Origin: a virus
Taxonomy: Duplodnaviria > Caudoviricetes
Strand: one strand, 5' to 3'
DNA: 36,833 nucleotides
Virus record (IMG/VR): IMGVR_UViG_3300037467_003083
Coordinates: 1-36,833 of that record
Numbering within the stretch: the first letter of the stretch is position 1; every line of letters starts with the position of its first letter. The position numbers and the translations under genes were made by a program. Shown one piece after another: positions 15,417 through 24,365 of this stretch. Below the pieces are notes generated by a model. It was not told the origin of the DNA. It made no database searches and worked only from the letters and a program-made list of their open reading frames with translations.

Positions 15417-15686
15417 ATGCAGGCTTTGATGATCATCGGCGTCTATATCTGGGGCGCCTTGTATACGGCTGGCGTCTTTGTCGCCGCCCTATCTCTCGGC
15501 AATCACATCGCGCTTTATCTGTCGCTGGTCTCGGCTGGCGCTGCCTATGTGGCGCAGTTTGCCGGCGCAATCGCCTGCGACCCGCAGAACCCGTCGCGTG
15601 AGTTCGGATATGTGAACAGCGCATTCACCGCGGTCTCTGCTGCTGTCGGCGTGATTGCTGGCTTGTGCCTCATCATTGGAGTCTGA
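15417..15686 (+). CDS. small multi-pass membrane protein
   Basis: Three hydrophobic segments in 89 aa. Confidence 0.7.
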   Translation: MQALMIIGVYIWGALYTAGVFVAALSLGNHIALYLSLVSAGAAYVAQFAGAIACDPQNPSREFGYVNSAFTAVSAAVGVIAGLCLIIGV

Positions 15687-15688
15687 CC

Positions 15689-15898
15689 ATGTGCTTCACC
15701 CCCAAAGTCCCCGACCCACCCAAGCCGCCGCCTGTGCCGAACAAGAACGACCAGGCCAACCAGGCCGCAGTGCAGTCGGCACTAACCCGCGTTCGCAGCC
15801 AGAACGCCAGCCAAGCCACTCAGCTCACGGGCGGGCTTGGTGACGCCGGCTATGGGCAGAACGTGCAGCGTGTCTCTCTCCTCGGGCAGACCCAGTAA
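15689..15898 (+). CDS. small virion protein (T7 gp7.3-like)
   Basis: MCF.PK.P Pro-rich start, T.LTGGLGD, SLLG end; directly before the portal. Confidence 0.75.
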   Translation: MCFTPKVPDPPKPPPVPNKNDQANQAAVQSALTRVRSQNASQATQLTGGLGDAGYGQNVQRVSLLGQTQ

Positions 15899-15901
15899 GC
15901 C

Positions 15902-17599
15902 ATGAGCATCGTATCCGACATCTGCCAGCGCATGGCCAATCTCGCCAGTGAACGGGCGATGATGGAAACGCATTGGCAGGAGATCGCCACACTGGCTTTT
16001 CCTGATCACCAGGATTTCTACGGCGTCAACGATACGATCAATCTGCAATACTCGAACGCGATTCAGCGTGGCCGGCGCCGCTTTGATGACACGGCTGTCC
16101 AGGGCGTCAATCGCCTTGCTGCTGTCCTGGAAAGCCTCGCCACGCCGCAGAACGAGCTATGGCATGGTCTGGCCTCGATCGATCCGTTTGCCGAGGAGCC
16201 CACGGACGAAGAGCAGAAGTGGTACGACAAGGTTCGCGACTACCAGTTCCGTGCTCGCTATGGCGCCAATTGCGGCTTCATGAATGCGAACCAGCGCGCT
16301 ATTCGCTCCATGGTCGGGTTCGGTACCGGCGTCGTCTTCATGGAGGAAGGCTTCGGCAAGAAGGAGATCAGCCGGCCGGTACTCTATCAATGGGTTCCGC
16401 TGAATGAAGCATTTCTTGCTGTCAATGCGCAGGGTGAGGTGGATACCCTCTATCGCCGCTTCACCATGACGGCGCGCCAGATGGTGGACAAGTTCGGCGA
16501 GGACAGGGTAGCCGGCCCGGTGCTGGCCGCTGCCAAAGGCAATGAGGCCAATACCAAGCGCTTCAACATCATTCATGCCGTACAGCCTCGTCAGAAGAAG
16601 GGCCGTGGCAACTCTGTCTTCAACGCGGACTATGAGTCCATCTACGTCGATCGTGACAACAACCACCTGATCGACGAGAGCGGCTTCTTCGAGTTTCCGT
16701 ATCTGATCTATCACTGGCAGGCCGTTGGCCGGTACCCCTATTCCGAAAGCCCGGTCATGCTGGCCTATTCGGACATCAAGGGGCTGAACGCCATCCGCAA
16801 AGCCCACATGAAGGGCACCACGCAGTTCTTCGACCCCACCCTTGGCGCGGCTGATGATGACGGGCTGGACCGTCTCAACATGACGCCGGGAGAGATCAAC
16901 TATGGCTGGCTTGACCCAGCAACCGGCAAGCCCAAGGCCGCGCCGATCATCACCGACCAGCGCCCGGATCTTGGACAGCAGGTGATCGAGGCTGAGCGCC
17001 AGAGCGTCAACCAGTCCCTCTATATCGACATGTTCCAGGCTCTCGCCGAAAACCCGGACATGACGGCGACACAGTCGATGATCGTGGCGCAGCAGAAGGC
17101 GCAGTTGCTCGGTCCCGCCGGCGGCAAGATCCAGCAGACCATGTACCATGAAGTCGAGCGGATGATCGGCATCCTCACCCGCAAGGGTGCGTTTGCCCCT
17201 GGCGCCGCCCTGGAGCCGCCGCAGAGCCTGCAAGGCCGCGATATTGGCGCTCGGTTCACTTCGCCCTTCGATCGCCTCAGGCTTGCCTCTGAGGGGATTG
17301 GGCTTGAGAGGGCCGTCGCAAGAGCTGTTCAGATCGCGCCCTTTGACCCGACGATCATGGACGAATTCAACTGGCACAAGGTTCTTAGGTTTGGCGCCAA
17401 GGTCGACAACGCACCATCTGAGGTGTTCAGCACGCCGGACGAGTCAAAGGCAAAGGCTGACGCACGCGCACAGCAGCAGCAGGCAGCACAGATGATGGCG
17501 ATGCTGCAACAGGGCGGTCAAGCTGCGAAGGACATCGTTCCGGCTCTTGGTCAGGCAGCCCAGCTTGCGCAGAACGGTGGAGCACCGCCCGCGCAATGA
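15902..17599 (+). CDS. portal (head-to-tail connector) protein
   Basis: 565 aa; FGTGVVF, YRRFTMTARQMVDKFG, ESGFFEFPY, MTATQ, Gln-rich C-terminus. Confidence 0.95.
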   Translation: MSIVSDICQRMANLASERAMMETHWQEIATLAFPDHQDFYGVNDTINLQYSNAIQRGRRRFDDTAVQGVNRLAAVLESLATPQNELWHGLASIDPFAEEPTDEEQKWYDKVRDYQFRARYGANCGFMNANQRAIRSMVGFGTGVVFMEEGFGKKEISRPVLYQWVPLNEAFLAVNAQGEVDTLYRRFTMTARQMVDKFGEDRVAGPVLAAAKGNEANTKRFNIIHAVQPRQKKGRGNSVFNADYESIYVDRDNNHLIDESGFFEFPYLIYHWQAVGRYPYSESPVMLAYSDIKGLNAIRKAHMKGTTQFFDPTLGAADDDGLDRLNMTPGEINYGWLDPATGKPKAAPIITDQRPDLGQQVIEAERQSVNQSLYIDMFQALAENPDMTATQSMIVAQQKAQLLGPAGGKIQQTMYHEVERMIGILTRKGAFAPGAALEPPQSLQGRDIGARFTSPFDRLRLASEGIGLERAVARAVQIAPFDPTIMDEFNWHKVLRFGAKVDNAPSEVFSTPDESKAKADARAQQQQAAQMMAMLQQGGQAAKDIVPALGQAAQLAQNGGAPPAQ

Positions 17600-17931
17600 A
17601 CATTCTGGGATTGGCCAAGCGGCGGTTGAACCTCGGCAAGACGCCCCGCGGCCCGGAAGCAACCTATGAACTGGCCGACGCCTATCTAAACGTCTTCGAT
17701 CGCAAGAAGGAACAGGTACAGCTTGTTCTTGCCGATCTGGCTTCATTCACTGGCTTTTATGCCGTGAGCAAAGCTGACGCGCCGCCCGATGCAAGGGCGT
17801 ACGCTGATGGCAAACGAGCCGCTTTCGAGCGGCTTTTTTATTTCCTCAACCTGACTGACGAAGAGCGCGGCTTCCTCGAAAAGGCGGCGCGCCTCGAAAC
17901 GAACGTCAGTCTCAAAGATGGATATCCTTGA
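17596..17931 (+). CDS. conserved podovirus protein between portal and scaffold (Bbp19-like)
   Basis: Y..VF....LVLADLA..AYADGKR pattern and position. Confidence 0.7.
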   Translation: MNILGLAKRRLNLGKTPRGPEATYELADAYLNVFDRKKEQVQLVLADLASFTGFYAVSKADAPPDARAYADGKRAAFERLFYFLNLTDEERGFLEKAARLETNVSLKDGYP

Positions 17932-18833
17932 TGACGGATCAGGCGAACATCGTGGCCGCGGATGCGGGGACCACGACTGCAGCCGACGCAGCGGCAGGCA
18001 CCAATGGGGCACAGACTGCCGTCGCGACTGACATCTTTGCCAGCCTGCAGGATGCAGAGAGCCGGCAATGGGTCGAAAGCAAAGGCTACAAGGAACTCGG
18101 GCCGGTGATCAGCGATGCCCGCTATGCGGACAAGCTGAAAGCCGAACTCGGCGACCTCAAGGCCAAGGCCCTGACACTCCCCGGAGACGACGCAAAACCC
18201 GAGGACATCGATGCATTCTTCCAGAAGCTCGGCATGCCCGAGAAAGCGGAAGGATACGATTTCAAGATGCCCGAAGGCTTGCCGGCCGATCTGCCCTATG
18301 ACGCTGATTTTGCCAAGGAGTTCAAGGCGGCGGCTCGTGAGGCCCGTGTTCCTGCCAAGCAGGCTCAGGCTCTCCACGATTTCTACGTCAAGACCTTCGC
18401 AGCGAAGATGCAGGCTGGGGCGGAGGCTCAGGCCAAGGCGAAAGCCGAGGCCGAGAAGCTGGCACATGCGGAACTTTCGCAGACCTGGGGCGCGCCTGAC
18501 AGCGACACCCACAAGGAAAAGATCGGCTTCGTTGCCCGCGCCCTCGAAGGCGCCGGCATCAAGGACGAAGCGGTTCGTATGGGCATCATGGATGAGCAGG
18601 GATTCACTGCTTATCCGAAGATGGCCCAGTTTCTTGCGCTGGCCGGCGAGCGCCTGTTCCGAGAAGGAACGCATCACGTCGGGGGGATGTCATTCAGCGG
18701 CAATCCCTATGCCAAGGGTTCCGAGAACCTTACGCAACAGATGCTGCTCTTCAAGCAAGACCCGAACAAAGCCCGTGCCCTCATGGCCGCCGCTGGCAGG
18801 CCACCCACGGATTTCGGGCTCCCCGCATCCTGA
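17928..18833 (+). CDS. capsid scaffolding protein
   Basis: Ala/Thr-rich N-terminus, LGMPEKAEGYDF, helical; precedes the capsid gene. Confidence 0.8.
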   Translation: MMTDQANIVAADAGTTTAADAAAGTNGAQTAVATDIFASLQDAESRQWVESKGYKELGPVISDARYADKLKAELGDLKAKALTLPGDDAKPEDIDAFFQKLGMPEKAEGYDFKMPEGLPADLPYDADFAKEFKAAAREARVPAKQAQALHDFYVKTFAAKMQAGAEAQAKAKAEAEKLAHAELSQTWGAPDSDTHKEKIGFVARALEGAGIKDEAVRMGIMDEQGFTAYPKMAQFLALAGERLFREGTHHVGGMSFSGNPYAKGSENLTQQMLLFKQDPNKARALMAAAGRPPTDFGLPAS

Positions 18834-18853
18834 CAATCGAAAGGTAGCCTATC

Positions 18854-19867
18854 ATGGCTCTCACTCGCCTCACGGACGTTATCGTCCCTGAAATCTTCGC
18901 CGGCTACATGGCGAAGGACACGGTGGAGAAATCCGCCATCTTCCAGAGCGGCGTCATCAAGGCCGACTCTGAACTCGGCTCCAACCTGGCCGGCGGCGGT
19001 ACCACCTTCAACGCGCCGTTCTGGAACGACCTGGACAACACCGAAGGCGGTATCGCCTCGGACGATCCGGCTGTCATTGCCACGCCTGGCAAGATCGGCG
19101 CCCTGAAGTCCATCGTTCGCCGCCAGGTCCGCACCCGTTCGTGGTCCACTGCCGATCTGTCCGGCGTCCTCGCCGGCTCCGATCCGATGCAGCGCATTCG
19201 CGAGCGTGTCAACGCCTACTGGACCCGCCAGTTCCAGCGCTCCATGGTGCAGACGCTCGCCGGCGTCTTTGCCGACAACATCGCCAATGACAGCTCCGAC
19301 ATGGTGAAGGTCATCGGCAACGACAGCGCCAGCGCTGTCACCGATGCAGAACTGGTTAGCGCCGAATCCATCCTCGATACCAAGCAGCTCATGGGCGATG
19401 CCGCCGATGATCTCAAGGTCATCATCATGCATTCGGTTGTCTACACCCGTCTGCAGAAGCTGAACCTGATCGACTTCGTTCCCGATAGCGAAGGCCATAT
19501 CAAGTTCGCTTACTACCTCGGCTATCTGGTCATCGTCGATGACGGAGTTCAGACGGTCACTGGCACCAACCGCGTCACCTATACGACCTATCTTCTGGGC
19601 CAGGGCGCGCTGGGCTGGGCTGAGACCTCGAACAACTTCATGCCGGTCGAAGTCCGTCGCGAGCCGGGCCAGGGCAACGGCATGGGCGTCGAGATCCTCT
19701 ACACCCGTCGCGCCTATTGCCTGCATCCCTACGGCTTTGCGTGGAAGGAAGCGGCAGTCGCCGGCAACTTCCCGACCAATGCCGAACTGGCAACCGCTAC
19801 CAATTGGGACCGCGTGTATCCCGAGCGGAAGCAGGTTCCTATCACGGCTCTCCGCACCAACGGCTGA
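18854..19867 (+). CDS. major capsid protein
   Basis: TRLTDVIVPEIF, AIFQSG, PFWNDL, MHSVVY, VIVDD, HPYGF, PTNAELA..NW; strong codon bias. Confidence 0.95.
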   Translation: MALTRLTDVIVPEIFAGYMAKDTVEKSAIFQSGVIKADSELGSNLAGGGTTFNAPFWNDLDNTEGGIASDDPAVIATPGKIGALKSIVRRQVRTRSWSTADLSGVLAGSDPMQRIRERVNAYWTRQFQRSMVQTLAGVFADNIANDSSDMVKVIGNDSASAVTDAELVSAESILDTKQLMGDAADDLKVIIMHSVVYTRLQKLNLIDFVPDSEGHIKFAYYLGYLVIVDDGVQTVTGTNRVTYTTYLLGQGALGWAETSNNFMPVEVRREPGQGNGMGVEILYTRRAYCLHPYGFAWKEAAVAGNFPTNAELATATNWDRVYPERKQVPITALRTNG

Positions 19868-19876
19868 TCGAGAAAC

Positions 19877-19904
19877 AGGGCGCGGCGCTTCGGTGTCGCG
19901 CTCT
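19877..19904 (+). terminator. stable hairpin after the capsid gene (mRNA stabiliser or weak terminator)
   Basis: GGGCGCGGCGC-TTCG-GTGTCGCGCTC with no U-tract. Confidence 0.5.
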
Positions 19905-19931
19905 CTCCCCTCCCTCTGAAGGAACATCACC

Positions 19932-20213
19932 ATGCCTCATGGTCTCCCTCGCTCCCTGAAGAAGGCGGGCGCCAACTCCACGCTGCCCGTGGCAACTGCT
20001 ACTGCTGTCGGCACGGTCAAGAAGGCGGCAACCGTCGCTGCCATCACTGATAGCTCGGGCGGCACTTCTGGCGGCAATACGGTCGCTGCCATCGTTGCGG
20101 CTACGGATACGACTGCGGCCGGCCTCGCTACCACCAAGAACGCCATCGCCACCCTGTCCGCCAAGGTCAACGCCATGCTGACCGCGCTCAAGAACGCCGG
20201 GATCATGTCCTGA
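19932..20213 (+). CDS. head fiber/decoration protein
   Basis: LPVAT..AVGTVKKA and KVNAMLTALKNAGIM pattern. Confidence 0.75.
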   Translation: MPHGLPRSLKKAGANSTLPVATATAVGTVKKAATVAAITDSSGGTSGGNTVAAIVAATDTTAAGLATTKNAIATLSAKVNAMLTALKNAGIMS

Positions 20214-20440
20214 TGATCGACCAGCGCGAATATGAGGCCAAGCTTGCCGAGGCCGTGAACAAGCGCGGCCTCGATGTTCTCGCCAAGCTCACAGCAGTGC
20301 TGCGCAGGGAATTCGGCGCCGATGCCGCCAACCGCATGATGAAGCAGATCGCGCCTATCGTGCGACAGCAGGGACGCGGCGGCCGCCGCGAGAGCCTCGT
20401 GATGAAGATGGCGGCCATTCAGCCGAAGCCGGCAGCCTAG
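20213..20440 (+). CDS. hypothetical protein
   Basis: TGATG-coupled ORF with phage-like codon usage. Confidence 0.65.
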   Translation: MIDQREYEAKLAEAVNKRGLDVLAKLTAVLRREFGADAANRMMKQIAPIVRQQGRGGRRESLVMKMAAIQPKPAA

Positions 20441-20451
20441 GAGATCCACCT

Positions 20452-20739
20452 ATGGGTATCGATCCGTTTCAACCCGGCTTGGCTCGGCTGATCCAGCCGT
20501 TTCAGCGCGCAGTGGCCGTCACGCCTTCCGACACCGTGGACATTGCCTTTTCGCCGGCTCTTCAGGCTGGGCTCACCATCCGCGGGCTCTATATCGGCGT
20601 GACGGGTGATGTGTCCGTCATAACCTCGGGCGGCGATACGGTTCTGTTCAAGGCCGCTCCTGTCGGCCTGCTTCAGGTCCGTGCTGCCCGCGTCAGGGCA
20701 ACCGGCACGACGGCAACGAACATTCTGGCACTGGCCTGA
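20452..20739 (+). CDS. head spike base protein (RcGTA Rcc01079-like)
   Basis: AVTPSD...RGLYIG..GDVSV...GDTVLF...VRAARVRATGTTATNILAL. Confidence 0.8.
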   Translation: MGIDPFQPGLARLIQPFQRAVAVTPSDTVDIAFSPALQAGLTIRGLYIGVTGDVSVITSGGDTVLFKAAPVGLLQVRAARVRATGTTATNILALA

Positions 20740-20743
20740 TCCA

Positions 20744-21340
20744 ATGGCGTCGAACCTCAGCCGAACCGAGATCTGCAATCTGGCCCTCGATTACCTCGAT
20801 GAGGCGCCGATGCAGGATTACGACAACGAGAGCGAGAGCTCGGTCGTGCAATGGTTCCGCCGCAACTTCGACAAGATGGCCGCAAGCCTGATGCGTCAAT
20901 ACACCTGGAATTTTGCCAAGGCGCGGAAGATCCTGCCAGCCCTCAGCGATACTCCTCTGTTCGGCTACAAATATGCCTATCAGATCCCAACCGATTGCCT
21001 TCGTGTGCTGCCGATCACCTGCAATGGCGAGGATCTTGGCGACCTCATCCGCTACAAGATCGAGGGCAACAACATCCTGACCGATCAGGCTGCCCCGTTG
21101 AAGCTGCGCTACATCAAGCGCTTCGATGAGACCGGGCAGTTTGACGAGCTGTTCGTTGATGTCTTGGCCTGCGCCTTGGCGCAAAAGCTCGCTCATTTCC
21201 TCACGGGTAAGACGTCCTACAGCCAGCTTCTCGGCCAGACGCTTTCCGCCATGATTGCCACGGCAAAGCGCATCAATGCCATCGAGACGGCGCCGGATCC
21301 TGTCCGCTCCGATTGGCTGATTGAGGCAAGGTCCTTCTGA
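20744..21340 (+). CDS. tail tubular protein A (adaptor)
   Basis: TEICNLAL, WNFA, YAYQIPTDCLRV, FDELF..LA. Confidence 0.88.
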   Translation: MASNLSRTEICNLALDYLDEAPMQDYDNESESSVVQWFRRNFDKMAASLMRQYTWNFAKARKILPALSDTPLFGYKYAYQIPTDCLRVLPITCNGEDLGDLIRYKIEGNNILTDQAAPLKLRYIKRFDETGQFDELFVDVLACALAQKLAHFLTGKTSYSQLLGQTLSAMIATAKRINAIETAPDPVRSDWLIEARSF

Positions 21341-23808
21341 TGGCCGTCTATGTCCTGACATCCACCTTCGGCAAGGGTGAAGCCTCTCCGAAACTGTGGA
21401 GCCGTGCCGACCTTCAAGACTACAAGATGTGGCTGAAGGAGTGTCGGAATTGGATCACGATGCGAACGGGTGGCCTCAAGCGCCGCCCTGGTACCGAGTT
21501 CATCGGAGAGCTGAAGACCAGCAGCCGTATTGGCAAGCTCCTCCCCTTCATCTTCAGTGTCAGCCAGACCTATGTGCTGGTGTTCAATGCTGGGGTCTAC
21601 CGGGTCTATGCCCTTGGCGGGCGCGTTGGCACCGTGGAGGTTGCTCACTCCTACGCTGATGCTGATCTGCCGACCGTCGATTTCGACCAGACCAATGATG
21701 TTCTCGACATCACGCACAAGGCCTACCAGCCACGCAGGGTAAAGCGCCAGAGCGATACGTCCTGGTCGATCGATACAGTTCCGTTTCGGTTCGGTCCTTA
21801 TCTGCCTGTTAACGATACCTCCACCTCGCTCACTCCCTCGGCAACGGGCAATCCGATTCCGAAGATGACGAGCAACACCGCTCCAAGCGGAACGGCGGCG
21901 GTCAGCGGTTCGGCCCTTGGTGCGGCGTGGAATGCATTTGACCGAGACGCCGGAACAGCGTGGCATGGTGCAAGCTCATCGAATGAATGGGTGTCTTACA
22001 CTTTTCCTAGCGCAAAGATCATTGTTGGCTATTCAGTGACCGCCTATGCCGGTCTCGTAACGGCTGTTCCAGTCACAGATCGCGCGCCTCAATCCTGGAC
22101 CTTTGAAGGCTCGAACGACGGCGTGAACTGGACGGTTCTGGATAGTCAGTTCGCTCAAAATAATTGGTCTGCCGGCGAGACACGCTATTTCAGGTTCAAT
22201 AATACTGTCGCGTATCTCGGCTATCGTCTTTTTATCCAGACCAATAATGGCGGCCAGTACATCACGGTTGGTGAGCTTGCATTCACCGAAGACATGTCAA
22301 CCGCACCTCCCATCACGATCACTGCATCGTCGACGGTTGGCATCAATAACGGGTCTGGCTTTTCGGCTGATGATGTTGGGCGCATCGTCGCCCTTCTGGG
22401 TACCAATGCTGTGTACCGCGCTTTTGTCATTACTGCCTTCACAGATTCAACGCACGTATCTGCTAAACTTGATGACGCTCCTCTTCCAACAGCTCAGGCC
22501 ACTTTGCAATGGCGCCTCGGCGCATGGGGCACAACGCCGGGCTGGCCCGCTCACGTCGCCACCTTCGAGGGACGCAAGATCTACGCTCGGACCAATGCCC
22601 AGCCTTCAGGCATCTGGGGAACAAAGACGGGCGGCTACGGCTCGTTCCTCGACTTCTCAGTAGCTAACCCGGTCAAAGACGATGACGCGATTTCCTTCAC
22701 GCTGAGCGATGTGAATGAGATCGGCGCGATTGCCGAAGGGCCGGATCTTCAGATCGGCACTGCCGGTGCCGCGCGCACCATGGGGCGGGACAGTCCGAAC
22801 CTGCCTTTCTCTGCCACGAACTATCGCCAGTCTCTTGCTTCCACCCATGGCTTTGAAGCCGTGCGCCCGGTCAAGGTCGGCGGCTCATCGATCTTCGCTT
22901 CCAGTTTCGGCAAGGCGCTACGCGAGTTCACTCAGGGCGATACAGGCGGCTATGTCGTGCCTGATATCTCGATCAAGTCTGATCATCTATTCGCCACCAA
23001 GGTCATCGAGATGGCCTATGCGCAGGAGCCTGATAGCGTGGTCTGGGCGCCGAACGGCAAGGGGGAACTGATCGGCTCGACCTTTGAGAAGGAGCAGGAC
23101 ATGGCGGGTTTCCACCGTCATATCCTTGGCCCGGATGCCACGGTGGAAAACGTCTGCGTCATCCCCGGCCCTGACACCGATCGCAGTGAACTCTGGCTGA
23201 TCGTGCGCCGCGACATCAATGGTGTAACGAAGCGCTATATCGAGCGCCTTGGTCCTTCCTTCGATGGTGAGATCGATGACCCAGCCGACGCCTGGTATCT
23301 CGATTGCGCCCTGCAATACAACGGCGCTCCGACCACGACAGTCACCGGCCTCGGCCATCTGGAAGGCAAGACGGTTTCCATCCTTGCCGATGGCGCCAGG
23401 GAGAAGGATCAGGTTGTCGTCAGTGGCACGGTGGCGCTCGATAGCGGGCGCCCTGCGTCGAAGATCCTGGTGGGCCTTGCATTCCAGTCTGTCGCCCACA
23501 CCTTGCCCTCCACGCTCTCCGTAGGCGATGGATCAGGCCTTGGCCGCAAGAAGAAGGTGGTCAATGCCATGGTCGATGTGCTGCATACCGGCTCATTGCG
23601 CGTCGGCCGCGATGTCGCGAGCGCCGAAGAGATCGTGATCCGCAAAACGTCGAGCAACCTTGGTGAGGCCGTTCCATTAGTGAGCGGCTTCCTGACATCC
23701 CGCGCCGCTACCAGTTGGACCGACAAGGGCGAGGTGACGATGGTTGCCGATGGCCCTTTCCCCGCCACTATCCGTTCGCTCACCCTCGCCTTGGAGACTG
23801 AGCCCTAA
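21340..23808 (+). CDS. tail tubular protein B (nozzle) with an inserted F5/8 type C domain
   Basis: F.KGE.SP.L..R.DL, GGLKRRPGTEF, AYAQEPDS, YLDC, GLGHLEGKTV.ILADG. Confidence 0.92.
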   Translation: MAVYVLTSTFGKGEASPKLWSRADLQDYKMWLKECRNWITMRTGGLKRRPGTEFIGELKTSSRIGKLLPFIFSVSQTYVLVFNAGVYRVYALGGRVGTVEVAHSYADADLPTVDFDQTNDVLDITHKAYQPRRVKRQSDTSWSIDTVPFRFGPYLPVNDTSTSLTPSATGNPIPKMTSNTAPSGTAAVSGSALGAAWNAFDRDAGTAWHGASSSNEWVSYTFPSAKIIVGYSVTAYAGLVTAVPVTDRAPQSWTFEGSNDGVNWTVLDSQFAQNNWSAGETRYFRFNNTVAYLGYRLFIQTNNGGQYITVGELAFTEDMSTAPPITITASSTVGINNGSGFSADDVGRIVALLGTNAVYRAFVITAFTDSTHVSAKLDDAPLPTAQATLQWRLGAWGTTPGWPAHVATFEGRKIYARTNAQPSGIWGTKTGGYGSFLDFSVANPVKDDDAISFTLSDVNEIGAIAEGPDLQIGTAGAARTMGRDSPNLPFSATNYRQSLASTHGFEAVRPVKVGGSSIFASSFGKALREFTQGDTGGYVVPDISIKSDHLFATKVIEMAYAQEPDSVVWAPNGKGELIGSTFEKEQDMAGFHRHILGPDATVENVCVIPGPDTDRSELWLIVRRDINGVTKRYIERLGPSFDGEIDDPADAWYLDCALQYNGAPTTTVTGLGHLEGKTVSILADGAREKDQVVVSGTVALDSGRPASKILVGLAFQSVAHTLPSTLSVGDGSGLGRKKKVVNAMVDVLHTGSLRVGRDVASAEEIVIRKTSSNLGEAVPLVSGFLTSRAATSWTDKGEVTMVADGPFPATIRSLTLALETEP

Positions 23809-24365
23809 TGTGCCCTCCCCTTTTCGCAGCAATCGGTGCCGGCATTGCCTCGGCGGCTTCTGCTGTCGGCTCTGCCGTGTCCGGCATCGGCCTCGGTACG
23901 GCTGCCTCTCTCGTCGGAACCGGCTTGTCTGCTGTCGGCTCGATCGCACAGGGCCAGGCCGCAAAGGCACAGTCCGACGCGCAAGCCAAGGGCTTGGAGC
24001 AGCAGGCATCCTATGAGCAGCAGGCCGGCGAATACCAGGCCGCTCGCAAGAATGATGAGGTGCAGGGCGTCATGGGCACGCAGGTTGCCCAAGGCGGCGC
24101 ATCGGGCTTCGACCTCACAGGTTCGCCATCAGATGCTATTTCCTCGACGGCCAGCCAGGGACAGATGGACATCGACGCGATCAAGACGAACGCACTCGGC
24201 CAGGCCCAGAACCTTCGGTATCAGGCGAACGTCACGCGTGCAGCCGGCAGGAGTGCGCAGACGGCCGGCTATATCGGCGCCTTCACCAATCTGGCCAGCG
24301 GCATCGGTGGTGCCTATAGCGACTATCAGCGCGTCAACCTCATGAAGCGTGGGTATCAGGTCTAA
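23808..24365 (+). CDS. internal virion/ejection protein (gp14-like)
   Basis: MC start, Ala/Gly/Ser hydrophobic N-terminus, GASG.D.TGS motif. Confidence 0.8.
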   Translation: MCPPLFAAIGAGIASAASAVGSAVSGIGLGTAASLVGTGLSAVGSIAQGQAAKAQSDAQAKGLEQQASYEQQAGEYQAARKNDEVQGVMGTQVAQGGASGFDLTGSPSDAISSTASQGQMDIDAIKTNALGQAQNLRYQANVTRAAGRSAQTAGYIGAFTNLASGIGGAYSDYQRVNLMKRGYQV

